DNA of 62,078 nt from Carcharhinus longimanus (lineage: Eukaryota). Shown here one piece after another: positions 38,701-50,468 of this stretch. The stretch is from positions 54,822,873 through 54,884,950 of the forward strand of contig JASCQW010000190.1 of NCBI GenBank assembly GCA_030264375.1, read 5' to 3'. The position numbers were made by a program, and so were the translations under genes. The number at the start of each line of letters is the position of its first letter. Within the stretch, counting starts at the first letter, position 1. A model generated the notes under the pieces. That model did not search any database. It saw only the letters and a list, made by a program, of their open reading frames with translations, and was not told where the DNA came from.

Positions 38701-39639
38701 TATAGACCAGGAGCTGAGTGGGCCTGGTGGAACCTGAACTGAACGTCACTGAGCTAGTTGATGCTGAGTGAGCGCTGACTGGTAATCAGGATTGATGGGA
38801 TGTAAATTGGCCCAGTTGGATTTGCACTGCTTTTTGTGGACAGGACATTTTTCATGTGGACAGTGGCTTTCCACATTACTGAGTAGATGCTGACACATTT
38901 TTGCTGTACAAGAACAGCTTGCCAAAACCCAAGTTGTATTTCTAGATTGATGTTTTGTATTCTAACCTGCACAAGAGATTTGTGGTGTATAGAAATTACT
39001 TTTGTGTTGCACTCTGAAATTATGTTTTCACCTCACGTAACAATGAGGAAACCTAGTTTATGATCTCATTTCAGTGAACAGAAGAGTTCTTTCCAGAACT
39101 GAGTTGCACCCACAGGCTTGAATGTGCACGCCAAATCCATAAAAACTGTTCTCAGACATTTGTCACTATTCTATTCTGCTTACTCCATGCTGACGTACAA
39201 ACTTTGGTCCTTGTCAACAGTGCCACCACAGATCCTATCTCTGTGGAGACTGGGGTCAGGAAATGCTGTTCCATGGCATCAGCTCTGTTGCCCACCTGGT
39301 GGANNNNNNNNNNNNNNNNNNNNNNNNNNNNNNNNNNNNNTCTTTTGCACCTCCCCCTCTCCCCCCCCCCCCCCCCCCCAGTAAACTACCCATAGTTGTG
39401 GAAATAATTTACAGAGCAAATAAACTATTCCATCTGCAAATACATGTGTGCTGTGTAGGTGGTCAGTCAGAAACTGAACTGTCATGTTGATCAGCCCAAA
39501 ACCAGCCTTGCTTCCTAGGGGTTGATTTCCTTGAAGAGAAGATTGAGGGGAGACTTGATGGAGGTTTGAGGACAAGGTTGACAGAAGGATCAAAAAAAAA
39601 GCCATCAATTTAAGGTGGCCATATTGTGGAGATGCTTCC

Positions 39640-40480
39640 TAGGACATGTTCGTATGCTTGTCACCAAACTCCTGACTCCAGATTACAGTCATGACAGGAA
39701 GCTCCCAGGAGGACAGTGGAATTGATTCAGGGTGTCCTGAAAGCATAGTAAGAAGTCTCCCAACACCAGGTAAAGTCCAACAGGTCTATTTGGTAGCACA
39801 AGCCACAAATTTTCGGAGCATTGTCCCTTCAGGTGAATAGGAATTCAGTTCACAAACTCAATTTACAAGATAATGGTTGGAATGTGAGGCTTTATAGGTA
39901 ATCAAGTCTTAAAGGTACAGACAATGTGAGAAGGTTAAGCACAGGTTAGAGATCCAGCCAGGACAGTGAGATTTTGCAAGCCCAGGCAAGTCGCGCAGGT
40001 TACAGATAGTGTGACATGAACCCAAGATCCCGGTTGAGACTGTCTTTGTGTGCGGAACTTGGCTATCAGTTTTTGCTCAGCGATTCTGTGCTGTCGTGAA
40101 GGCTGCCTTGGAGAATGCTTACCCAAAGATCAGAGGCTGAATGCCCCTGACTGCTGAAGTGTTCTCCTACAGGAAGAGAACACTCCTGCCTGATGATTGT
40201 GGAGCGGTGTTCATTCATCTGTTGTCATAGAGTCTGCGTGGTCTCCCCAATTACTGAACTTTATCTGAAATCCACATTATGGTCCTCAAAGCATCCAGAG
40301 ATCAAACATCCCTGATGCCTCCCTGGAAAACTCTGGCTTGTGACCGACCAAGATGGAAACAGTTAATTCTGGAAGGCATCAACTGCATTGGAACATGTTG
40401 GAAACAGATGAAGTTGAGGCATGAAAGAGGATGCAAAAAGAGCAACTCTTTGAGCATGTGCCGAGTCTGCAGATTAGCAT
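39640..40480 (+). mobile_element. RTE-clade LINE C-terminal fragment, split by the Penelope insertion
   Basis: ORF 40279 reads LKAS...WKTLACDRPRWKQLILEG, matching the RTE WExLAxDRxxW motif. The upstream half carries catgttcgtatg...ccaggaggacag (HVRM...GGQ). Confidence 0.55.
39747..40281 (-). mobile_element. Penelope-like element 3' fragment (GIY-YIG endonuclease C-terminal part and terminal repeat), nested in an RTE-like LINE fragment
   Basis: Minus strand from 40251 reads IGETTQTL*QQMNEHRSTI...LPVGEHFSSQGHSASDLWVSILQ, then (frameshifted) EQKLIAKFRT. Flanked by a 13-bp near-duplication gtcctgaaagcat (39734) / gtcctcaaagcat (40282). Confidence 0.82.
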
Positions 40481-41170
40481 TGTATTTAGCTAAGGGGCAT
40501 GTTTTTCAGAAATGGTGAATGTCTGGAATGCACTGCAGGAGGTGGTAGAGGAGGAAGCAGATTCTATAATATTCAGGAGGCATCTGGATTGATATAGGTA
40601 AGGAATAGAGGGATATAGACCACATCATGGCATCTGTGTTGGCACAGATTTGGTCGACCAAAGGGCCTGTTCTATCTCACCCATCAAAATGGAGTGGAAG
40701 CAACTTGCCCTCAGGGAGATATTTGACCATAATGCTCCAGGGCTACTGAAACGAAGTAATAAATTTGGTCTCACTTCTTTGAGAGGTGAAATATCAAATG
40801 CTGTGATTGACCTGATCATAGTTTACGTCACTGTCTTTTGGGCTGAAAAATGATCACGTGTCCATCATTATGGTGTGAGCAAATAGTATACAAACAGTTG
40901 TTTTTTTAGAATTGATCCTTACAGCATAAAGGAGCCATTTGGCCCTTGTCTGGACTGGCTCCCTTCAAAAATGATTCACCTGGTCCCATTCATCTACATT
41001 TTCCCCATAGTCATGCAAATATTTTTCTCCAGATAATTATCCAGTTCTCAAAGGCTTTGATTAAATCTGCAGCTTCACACACAATGCATTCCAGAGCCTA
41101 ACCACATTACATAAAAAGGATTTTTTTTGCATGTTCTCAATGCTGGTTTTACAGATCAGCTTAAATTGAG

Positions 41171-41520
41171 AGATCACATGACACCAGCTTATAGTCCAAC
41201 AGGTTTATTTAAAATCGCCAAGCTTTCAAAGCGCTGCTTCGTCAGGTGAAGTGGAGTGAGGTACGTAGGCACAATAGATAGCCAGATACTATCAGCTAAT
41301 CAAGTGTGTGAAAGGATAGGTACAGACAGTGTAGTCCAACACATTTGATTACCTGTTAGTGTCTGATTATGTATTCTGTGTCTGTGCACCTCGTTCCACT
41401 TCACTCGATAGAGGAGCAGTGCTCTGAAAACTTGATTTCAAATAAACTTATTGGACTATAACCTGGTGTTGTGTGATCTCTCTTGTCCATCTCAGTCCAG
41501 CACCAACATCTCCACATTAT
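41171..41520. mobile_element. Palindromic Penelope-derived element (inverted terminal repeats plus tail)
   Basis: Arms 41171-41273 and 41377-41479 are reverse complementary (atagtccaacaggtttattt / aaataaacttattggactat). Same family as the 39755 terminus. Confidence 0.75.
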
Positions 41521-43924
41521 GGCCACCTTGGTGGCTTTTTTGGTCCTTCTGTCAACCTTGTCCTCAAACCTCCAAGATTCCCCTCAATCTTCTCCAAGGA
41601 AATCAACCCCAGTTTGTCCAATCCATTTTCATGCCTTCATAACTTTCCTGGACACGATGGTTCAGCTTCAACTGGAACAAGTGTTAGATATAGGTTTACC
41701 ATAACTTGCTTTTGTATTCTGCCCTTATTAATAAAGTTTGTGTCTTACATGGCTTATTACTTTGAAACTGGCTGATTTGTTTACATATGCCCCTAGGTCC
41801 CACTACTCCTGCACCCATTAGAATTGCATCTTTTTGTCTTGTGCCTCACGTTTAATGTACCAAAATGAATCCCTTTATACATCACTGGAAGAAATATGGG
41901 TATTTGTTTGCTCATTTCACCAGCCTAGGCTCTATTGGAGTTTATTACTGCCCTCAACAATTCATAATACTTTGAAGTTTTGTCACCTGAAGATTTTGAA
42001 ATTGTGTCCTGAACACCAAAGTCTGGATCATTAATATAAAGCTAACATAGAGGACCTAACAGTCCCTGAGAGATCCACTATGTACCTTCCTCCAGCCTTG
42101 AGTTGTATTCACAACTGTTTTTGTCACTCAGACAATTTCATATCCATGTTGCTATTGTCTTTTATTTCATAAGCTCTAACTTTCCTAATGCTGTTTGTGG
42201 CATGCTATGCCTTTTGAAAGTGCAATTTTGTACTATACAATGAAGGAAGAAATAATGGAAACTTGCATTCATTAAATTTAATTTGCTTAGTTACTCAATC
42301 TAAAATCCATCCTGATTTAGTTTTCCAGGAATAAAAACCTAATTTCAATTTAATAAAATCAGAATAATCTGTTCAGTGATAACTTGTGAATTCCGTTTTG
42401 ACTTGGACATAGTCCTGAAAAATGCTTTGAAATCTTTTAACATCAATCTGGACAGGCAGGCACTTCAGTTTACTATCTTACCTGAAAGGGAGCACCCCCA
42501 ACAACACAACACTTCAAGTACTGCTCTTAATTTCTGGAGTTGCCCCTTAAGCAGGAAACAATGGGGAAAAGGCTGAGATGTGTTTTATGTATTCTACAAT
42601 TTTATCCCAATTATTTTTCTTTGAACTTTCTACATAAACAGCAACACCAAATTGTGCTCAGAATTTAAGGATAAGAGGACTAATTGGGTTGAAGTAATTT
42701 ACAATTGCCTAGCCAATAGGTCAAATTAAAATGACTTTTAAAAACTTCCATAGAAACTTGTTGTGCAATTCAGATTAAGTTCAATGCAAACAGCCTTGCC
42801 ATCAGAGATCAGTCCCCCAATCAGAAAAGGGAAGTAACCCATTTTCTAGTTGTAACTATTTTTACTGAAAATTAATACCCATTATATTTTGAGATGGTTC
42901 ATGTTATTGGAATGAATTAGAAGGAATGTGATGTGCAGTCAGCTATCTTTCACAAATTTCTTTGGGTATATTTCTAAAATCTGATCTATGCTATAGCTTG
43001 AATCCACTGATATCTTTCTTGCACTGCATTATTCTGCTTGTGCACTAAACAAGTAAGATGAGTCGAGAGTGGGTGGTATAACTAGGCATTTTATTGATAT
43101 CTCTTGAAGGAAGAAAGGTCCTGTGCTGTAATGGTGTTCCAGACTGAGATTTTTGTCATGTTGGCTCCATTTTGTAAATGCTGAAATGGTTTCCCAAATG
43201 GTGCATAAACCACAGCTATAAGCATTCTTGCCTGTCATTCAAAATATTTAGATTAAAATAAGTACTCATCTAGAGTGCTGTAAAATGAGATAATCAACCT
43301 GTTCCCTTCTAATACCTGTTGAGGCTGAATGTTATAAAGTTCTGCCTGGCTAATCCAGGGTAAACTTGATCCTCTTGGTGTTTGTTCTGAGTAGCTCCCT
43401 TCTCTAATACTGCTGTGGCTTAACACCAAAAACCTGGTTGGGTGTCAAGTAGTCTGAGAATTCAATTCAGCTGGTTGCGCATTGAATGAAAGTAGTTTTG
43501 CATTAATAGCTGTAGCTTCAATTGCAGTAGAAATTTCTGGTTAATATTGTATGGGGGATTAATGTAACAACTGTCCAAACCGTTGTGTATAAAAGATGGC
43601 CTAATGATGCAGCTGGCCACGTCTGTGAAAGCCGAGTCATACAGGCCAAAGAAGTTTGATTCCATATGTTGTAGTGGGGTGCTATAGCCAGCTAGTTGTT
43701 TTATCCTGGGTTGGGAGGAGGCAAAATGCAGCTGCCACTTCTGATTCCCACTGTTTAGGACCTATCAGCACAAGAAGTTCTTGGAATGTGTGGATGTTGC
43801 TGTGAACAGATTTGTGACTGGTGTAATCACCCACCCTCCTGGCCAAAATTCTTCACATTCAAAAGTAAATTTGCAGAGAAATGTTTAATTATACTTCTGT
43901 TTCTCTTCCACACTATTCTTACAG

Positions 43925-44059
43925 CTCAGTATAGAGAAAGTCAGGGCCATGGTGGAACAAGTTGAAATGAAAGCTCAAGTGATTCGGTCAGAAGTCAAAG
44001 CAGTAACTTCGCGGCACAAGAAGGCTCTGGAGGAACGTGAATGTGACTTGTTAAGAAAG
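43925..44059 (+). CDS. TRIM71: TRIM71 coding exon 3 (135 nt): coiled coil
   Basis: Acceptor ttctcttccacactattcttacag|CTC. Translates [45 protein letters not shown]. Donor AAG|gtgagt. Phase 0-0. Confidence 0.96.
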
Positions 44060-45239
44060 GTGAGTTACTCTTGCAGTTTGTCAAATGCAATTTGGTATCT
44101 AAACAAGCTAAGTCATCAATGGTTTGTGATTCAGTGCTTAATGCTGAGTGTTTACATGAGAACTGAAATTAACATATCTTTTTCATCAGCTCTACCCTGT
44201 CCACTCCAGGTGGTGAGTTGTGCTGCAGTATACTTTTGTGCCATGCTCACGTTGGAGCTTAGCTGATTGAAGGCTATTGCGCTATGATGATGGGATGTTG
44301 TGTCAAATTAAAGCTACGTCATAGGCCTACCATCAGACTGAATAATAGCTGATGCTGTCAGATATAAACACACATGGCATTGATTGCCTGTACTGATTAG
44401 GGGGCTGTGAGGAGTGGGGGAACAAGCAGTGGCCTCCCTTGTCTGGTGAATTATCTTGAATTGCTGGATAAAAGCAAGTTACTGCAGATGCTGGAATCTG
44501 AAACCAAAAGAGAAAATGCTGGAAAATCTCAGGAGGTCTGGCAGCATCGTAAGGAGAAAGAGCTGAGACCAGATGCCCTTTGTCAAAGCTGGGTCATGAA
44601 TTGCTGTGACTCTTGCGTACGTATACAATCATGATCCTGCAATTGACAATTAGATGAGTGACCACTTGAATCTGTTTTTGATATTGATCGTTACTGGAGA
44701 ACCTTCGCTTAAAACAACATCATGGAATTGAACATCTGCTGAAACGGTTAAATGGCAGTTTCATGGAATAGAATTTGCAGTGTAGGAGGCCATTTGACTT
44801 TTAATACCTGGTTCTTTTGGCTGTCCTATGCCCTATCCCAGTGTTTTTTTCCCCATTACTCTGTAAATTAGACCCCTTTAGATGAGCCTATTCAGTTGCT
44901 TTTTGAAAAACCTAATGGAATCTGATATCCCACCACCTCAAGTAGCCTGCTCCAGATCTTGACCCTCCTGTGAAGAAATTCTCCTTCCTCCAATTCCTTC
45001 CAATTAATTATCCATTTGCCAGAAGAAAAAGCTTCTCCATATTGCTATAATTTTGAATACCTCTTAGATTCTGAAATGTCTCTCAGGAGATCAATTCCAT
45101 TTTCTATATACTCTCTGCATAACTGAATACACACATTCCTAATACCATCCTAGCTTCCACTTTGACCTCTCCAGGCCCTTGACACCCTTAAAATATTATT
45201 CACAGAATTTTTCAAGAACAGGTAGGGGACTGAGCATTC

Positions 45240-45740
45240 TGCGGCCTGTAATTCACCTCCTGACTCTTCAAAGCATGTTCACCATCTACAAAGCACAAGT
45301 CAGGAGTGATGGATCTCCACTTGCCTGGATGAGTGAAACTCTGAACACTAGTTGCTTGATTGCACCCCATTCACTATTTCAAAAATTCACTCCTTCCAAG
45401 GCATAGCGGCAGCAGTGTGTACTGTGTAACATTGCAACAACTCAGTGCGACTTCTAACAGCACATTTCCAAACCCACAACCTGTACCATCTAAGGATGGG
45501 GGCAGCAGTTGCATGGAAATGCCCCCACCTGCAAGTTCCCATCCAAGCCACACGCCGTCCTTTCAAAGAGGAAGAACCATATTGCCATTCCTGTCACTGG
45601 GTCAAAATCCTGGAACTCCTGGCAGTGTAGCTACACCTACTCCACAGGGACCGCAGTGGCTCAAATTGGCAGCCCACCACCTGAAGAGCAGTTAAAGATG
45701 GGCAGCACATGCTGGCTTAGCCAATGGCACTCGCATATTG
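45240..45740 (+). mobile_element. LINE (CR1/L2 group) 3' fragment
   Basis: TIYKAQVRS..SPLAW motif and tail cagcccaccacc...gatgggcagcacatgctggc. Related minus-strand fragments appear around 17200-18230 and 37480-38880. Confidence 0.7.
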
Positions 45741-46164
45741 TAGAAAAAATAGAATTGTGCACAATATTCCAGCTAAGGTCAGACCCCATTTTAAAAGTGT
45801 AGCATGACTGCCCCTCTTTAATCCCATGTACTTCTATTTTCGAAAATATCACCATTTTGGAAGTCATTACATATCTTGTTGCCTCAGATAATTCTGATCA
45901 ACTTAGACATAATTTGCCTTTTAACAAATCCATGCTGGTTGTCCCTTATTAACCCATGTTGCTCTCGATAGAACTTAGCTGTTCCTGACAATTGATTTTG
46001 GACTAGTTAGAATCAAGATAAATTTACAGCAAAGAGCTAGAACATTCAGCCCATCACATCCGTGTCAACCAACACTTACCCATTCGATCCAATTTCACTT
46101 TCCCAACTCTTAGTTCATAGCCATGCACTTACAGTAGTTTCTGGCTCTACAACATTTACAGGTT

Positions 46165-46512
46165 TTAAGTCGGTCTGCCTTGTTGCCCAACGAGGGGCAT
46201 ACACGCGATGGGTCGCACTTGGGCTTCTCTTGGTTGTTTGAGATTGGCCTAGTGCTTCATGTTGTTAGTGTGTGCTTAAACTGGACCAGATGCTGGGCAA
46301 GACGACAGCTCAGTGACTATCACTGTTTGCTGTGCAGACANNNNNNNNNNNNNNNNNNNNNNNNNNNNNNNNNNNNNNNNNNNNNNNNNNNNNNNNNNNN
46401 NNNNNNNNNNNNNNNNNNNNNNNNNNNNNNNNNNNNNNNNTCTTATTGAATGGCGGGGCAGGCTCGAAGGGCCAGATGGCCTACTCCTGCTCCTATTTCT
46501 TATGTTCTTATG
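46165..46512 (+). mobile_element. CR1 LINE collapsed across the 100-N gap (putative 5' end on the left, 3' tail on the right)
   Basis: Tail 46441-46512 differs from 762-833 at only 2 positions. The left side is CpG-containing and encodes DYHCLLC, resembling the CR1 ORF1 zinc finger. Confidence 0.62.
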
Positions 46513-46519
46513 AAACAAT

Positions 46520-47680
46520 CATAGAGTGCAGAAAAGGCCCTTCGGCCATCGGATCTGCTTTGGCAATAGCTATCACTAAAATCATGCCAGTCCCATTTTC
46601 CTGCACTTGTCCCATATCCTTGAATGTTGTGAAATTTCAAGTGCTTGTCCAGCTATTTTTTTAATGGACGTAAGGTTTCTGGCCTCTGCCACCTTCCTAT
46701 GCATTTTAAATTCCCACCACCACCTTGTGTAAAACATGTTTTTCAAATCCCCTCTGAATCTCCTGCTTCTTAGACTAAAACTGTACCTTCCCTTGACCCC
46801 TAAACCAAGGGAACAGCTGCTGCCTAATCGCACTCAATCGCTATACATTTTAGACCTCAATCATGTCTTGTTCTTCTCCATACACACACACGCACACACA
46901 TACATATACGCATAAGCACCACCACCACCCCCCAACTTTCTGCCTTCCTTGCTCTAAAGAAACCAACTTGAGTCTTAACACTAGGTTAAAGTCCAACAGG
47001 TTTATTTGGTAGCAAACACCACTAGCTTTCGGGGCTCTGCCTCTTTGTCGGATGACTCATCTGATGAAGGAGCAGAGCCCCAAAAGCTAGTGGCATTTGC
47101 TACTAAATAAACCTGTTGGACTTTAACCAGATGTTGTGAGACTTCTCACTGTGTTTACCCCAGTCCAACGCCATCATCGCCACATCTAAAGAAAATAATC
47201 CAATCCTATCCTAACCAGTCTCTTGTTATAGCGCAAATGTTCCATCCCAGGCAACATCCTGGTGACCTTCCTTTGTACACCCTCAAGTACAGTCTCATCC
47301 TTCCTATAGTGAGGTGATCAGAACTGCATGCAGCACTCCAGCTGTGACCTAACCAGCACCATTTATCTTGATTGATGCTGATCATAGAATTCAATATCCT
47401 GATTCCTCCCCCCACCCCCTAATCTCTTGATCCCTTTAGCTCCAAGAGCTATATCTAATTTCTTGAAATCGGACAACGTTTTGGCAGCAACTACATTTGG
47501 TGTTAGTGAATTCCACACATTCACCACCCTCTGGGTGAAGAAATTTCTCCTCACCTCAATTCCAAAATTGGAATTTATCCTCAAGAGGATTCCCTTATCC
47601 TCAAACAATGAGCCCTAGTTCTGACTTCTCTAGCATTGGGAGCATTCCTTCTAAGCCTACCCTGTCTAGCTGTTAAAATT
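46520..47680 (-). mobile_element. Stack of minus-strand CR1 3' fragments, interrupted by a palindromic Penelope-derived element
   Basis: ORF 47363..47608 reads VRRNFFTQRVVNVWNSL...FKKLDIAL. ORF 46582..46833 reads RRFRGDLKNMFYTR. Confidence 0.8.
46971..47185. mobile_element. Palindromic Penelope-derived element
   Basis: About 170-nt near-perfect fold-back (ggttaaagtccaacaggtttatttggtagcaaa / tttgctactaaataaacctgttggactttaacc) plus tail ccccagtccaacgcc. Flanking duplication ctaaagaaa at 46954 and 47186. Confidence 0.8.
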
Positions 47681-48835
47681 TTTGAGATTGCTATAATAGG
47701 TGACTCTCCAGCTACATCCATGCCATTAGAATAGGCATTACGTAAATGCTGTTGGTTATGTTTGAATGTATAATCTATAGAAATCATTAAAATACAGTAG
47801 AATATTTAAGGATACACAAAGATACTGCAGCTTTAGAATTTGGTGTATTAAAGTCTAGGCTTATTCAGGAGAGACAAGGGTGAAGATTCATTTTTATATA
47901 TTTGTGGTGGGCAGTCTTAAGGCCCAGGGCTACATGCAGCTCACAAAACATTTTGTTGACTGCCCAAGGGCAGGGTTGCCACATTCCACTGACTTCTGTC
48001 CTTGTAGTTTTTTCCTACAAGTCTGACTGAAGTGATACTCATGTAAAGCCAAGAAAAGTGAAGTGAGGTGCAGGTTGCTTTTGCACAACTGACTGAGCGC
48101 CCTACGCTCCCTTTCCAAAGTGCAAATGTTTATTTTGTTTTTACTATTTCAAATTGATAGTTCTAGTAATATATGAATGATTACACAATTTCTCTAACTA
48201 ATTATAAAACACTTGGCAAGTATTCAATCTTATTCCTATGGTCATGTTTAGTCAACAAGCTCAATTTCCCAATCACGAGCCTAGGTTGCGCCTCACCATC
48301 AATCATTGAAGGTAGTCTGTAACTTGAGTTCGGTGCTAATGTTTTATTTTTTCACAATACAAACAATAACTTGACAAGACTCAACTTGAGCTCAGTGACT
48401 CTAGTGTGAGGGCCCAATTGAGTTTTGCTTGGAGCAATCTGAGGTAATGAATTGCAGTTTTAAGAGCTCCAATAATTTCAATCAATATAGTGCTTTTTTT
48501 TGAATCATAAGTTTGAGCATCTAGTTTCCAGCATGAGCTTCTCTCGACTAAGTTTGGATGTTTCAGCTGAATTTAGTGCCCCTAAGTTAGAAAGTCTTCG
48601 GGCCTTGATTTTGATGATTAAACCCTACTGCAACAGCAGCAGATATGGATGTCTTGAGGACAGACTCTGCCTTGTATTTGTATTAAAACAGTCAATTGAC
48701 CTCTTGGATGTCAAGCTGTAAAGATGTTTTTGCAGCAAGGGGAGAAAATTGATTGCATCAGTAAGTTACTTGGATATAGTGGGTGAAGTCAATAGAATTG
48801 TGTTCAACATTCTCTTTTTTTCACCATGTGAACAG

Positions 48836-50287
48836 GTTGAAAAGATCCGGCAGATGAAGGCCAAGACTCTGCACCTTCAGGTGGAAGCACTGCGTGAGAA
48901 TTTAACCAGGCTGGAGAGCACTATTGACTGTGTGCAGAAAGCCTTACTGGATGGGCGAGATGTGGATGTACTCTTGGCAAAAGAACAAATGTTTGTCCAA
49001 ATTCAGGACTTGAAGAAACTTCGGAATCTCCTTCAGCCTCAAGATGATGACACGCTTTCTTTCATTCCACCTGATGGTGTCCTGTACAAAGCCATTAAGT
49101 CCTTGGGTATAATCAGTAGCAGTGCATATGCCCCAATATGTACGGCTACTGGCGAAGGGTTGAAACGAGCATTACGTGGGAAAATGAGCACCTTCACTGT
49201 AATCACCAAAGATCACACTGGTGAAGGAAGATCTTCAGGTGGTGATTTGGTTGTAGTTGTTATCATGGGACCTGATGGCTGTCTCTTTCGTGCTGACGTT
49301 CTTGATCATCATGATGGCACCTACACAATTAGCTACTCCCCACATCTAGAAGGAGAACATGTAGTCTCGGTGACGATTCGTGGCCAGCATATTGAAAACA
49401 GTCCCTTTCGAGTAATTGTCAAAGCAGGTCGCAATTATGCTGGAATTGGGCTTCCGATTTGTTCCTTTGGCGGAGAAGGGGATGACGATGGACAGCTTTG
49501 CCGACCTTGGGGTGTTTGTGTCAACAAAGAAGGCTACATTATCATTGCTGACCGTAGCAACAATCGTGTTCAGGTCTTCACTCCAAGTGGAACCTATCAC
49601 CACAAGTTTGGAACAGCAGGTGCCAGACCTGGGCAGTTTGACCGTCCTGCCGGTGTTGCTTGTGACCACAATTGTCGTATCGTAGTGGCTGATAAGGACA
49701 ACCACCGCATTCAGGTTTTCACCTTTGAGGGACAGTTTGTCCTCAAGTTTGGGGACAAAGGAAGCAAAAATGGCCAGTTCAACTACCCTTGGGATGTTGC
49801 AGTCAATACTGATGGAAAGATTCTTGTGTCTGACACTCGCAATCATAGAGTTCAGCTTTTTGGCCCAGATGGAAACTTTGTAAGTAAATATGGTTTTGAG
49901 GGAGCTTTGTGGAAGCACTTTGATTCTCCTCGTGGGGTGGCCTTTAACCATGAAGGACACCTTGTGGTCACAGATTTCAACAACCATCGGCTGCTGGTAA
50001 TCCATCCTGACTTCCAGTCTGCACGCTTCCTTGGCTCTGAAGGCACAAGTAATGGTCAGTTCCTCCGACCTCAGGGTGTAGCTATCGACCAAGAAGGGCG
50101 CATCATTGTGGCTGACTCCAGGAACCATCGCATTCAGATCTTTGAACCAAATGGCAACTTTCTGTGCAAGTTTGGGACCCAAGGCAGTGGTTTTGGGCAG
50201 ATGGATCGTCCGTCCGGAATAGCCCTGATGCCAGATGGACTAATAGTAGTCGTCGACTTTGGCAACAATCGTATCCTCTTGTTTTAA
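48836..50287 (+). CDS. TRIM71: TRIM71 coding exon 4: end of coiled coil, filamin domain, six NHL repeats, stop codon
   Basis: Acceptor tctcttttttcaccatgtgaacag|GTT. Reads [10 protein letters not shown]...GQLCRPWGV...GQFDRPAGV...GQFNYPWDV...HFDSPRGV...GQFLRPQGV...GQMDRPSGI...[10 protein letters not shown], near-identical to the vertebrate TRIM71 C-terminus. TAA at 50285-50287, followed by a second TAA. Confidence 0.98.
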   Translation, partial: VEKIRQMKAKTLHLQVEALRENLTRLESTIDCVQKALLDGRDVDVLLAKEQMFVQIQDLKKLRNLLQPQDDDTLSFIPPDGVLYKAIKSLGIISSSAYAPICTATGEGLKRALRGKMSTFTVITKDHTGEGRSSGGDLVVVVIMGPDGCLFRADVLDHHDGTYTISYSPHLEGEHVVSVTIRGQHIENSPFRVIVKAGRNYAGIGLPICSFGGEGDDDGQLCRPWGVCVNKEGYIIIADRSNNRVQVFTPSGTYHHKFGTAGARPGQFDRPAGVACDHNCRIVVADKDNHRIQVFTFEGQFVLKFGDKGSKNGQFNYPWDVAVNTDGKILVSDTRNHRVQLFGPDGNFVSKYGFEGALWKHFDSPRGVAFNHEGHLVVTDFNNHRLLVIHPDFQSARFLGSEGTSNGQFLRPQGVAIDQEGRIIVADSRNHRIQIFEPNGNFLCKFGTQGSGFGQMDRPSGIALMPDGLIVVVDFGNNRILLF

Positions 50288-50328
50288 TAATGCTGTGTGC
50301 TTTGTTTTTCTATATTGTGGATTTGTTG

Positions 50329-50336
50329 CTCAGGGA
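50329..50336 (+). promoter_or_regulatory. miR-125/lin-4 8mer target site (CTCAGGGA)
   Basis: Exact 8mer 41 nt after the stop codon. lin-41/TRIM71 is an established target of let-7 and lin-4/miR-125. Confidence 0.8.
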
Positions 50337-50395
50337 CAATGTCTTAATTGTTTTCCCTAGAGAAGACAGGTGTTTTTTTTCTGTGCTGCAGTCAT

Positions 50396-50468
50396 CTACC
50401 TCATGTTGGTAAAGTGTGAGCTGTGAGACTACTTCAAAACTACATAAATATATAGCAGACCTACCTCA
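50396..50468 (+). promoter_or_regulatory. Pair of let-7 8mer sites (CTACCTCA at 50396-50403 and 50461-50468)
   Basis: Two exact 8mers, both with plausible 3' supplementary pairing (TGCAGTC and TATATAGC against let-7 nt 11-19). A G:U seed variant CTACTTCA lies between them at 50429-50436. Confidence 0.88.

Larger units (their letters stand above)
39518..41610. repeat. About 105-115-bp inverted repeat (39518-39634 / 41507-41610)
   Basis: catctccaca.tatggccacctt...tccttctgtcaaccttgtcctcaaacctcca...cccctcaatcttctc..caaggaaatcaacccc on opposite strands. Confidence 0.88.

Noticed and set aside
46971-47143. Pre-miRNA hairpin
   Set aside because: The hairpin belongs to a multi-copy transposon-derived palindrome family seen several times in this window.
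5500-48700. Numerous 60-120 aa intronic ORFs as nested genes
   Set aside because: They are either recognisable retroelement fragments or lack any domain, exon structure or coding-like composition.
48749-48835. N-terminal part of the 512-aa ORF as coding sequence
   Set aside because: It is intron 3 read-through including the polypyrimidine tract. Homology starts at VEKIRQ after the AG at 48834-48835.
49346-50182. 278-aa antisense ORF
   Set aside because: Lies wholly opposite TRIM71 exon 4 and has no recognisable motif. It is a typical shadow ORF.
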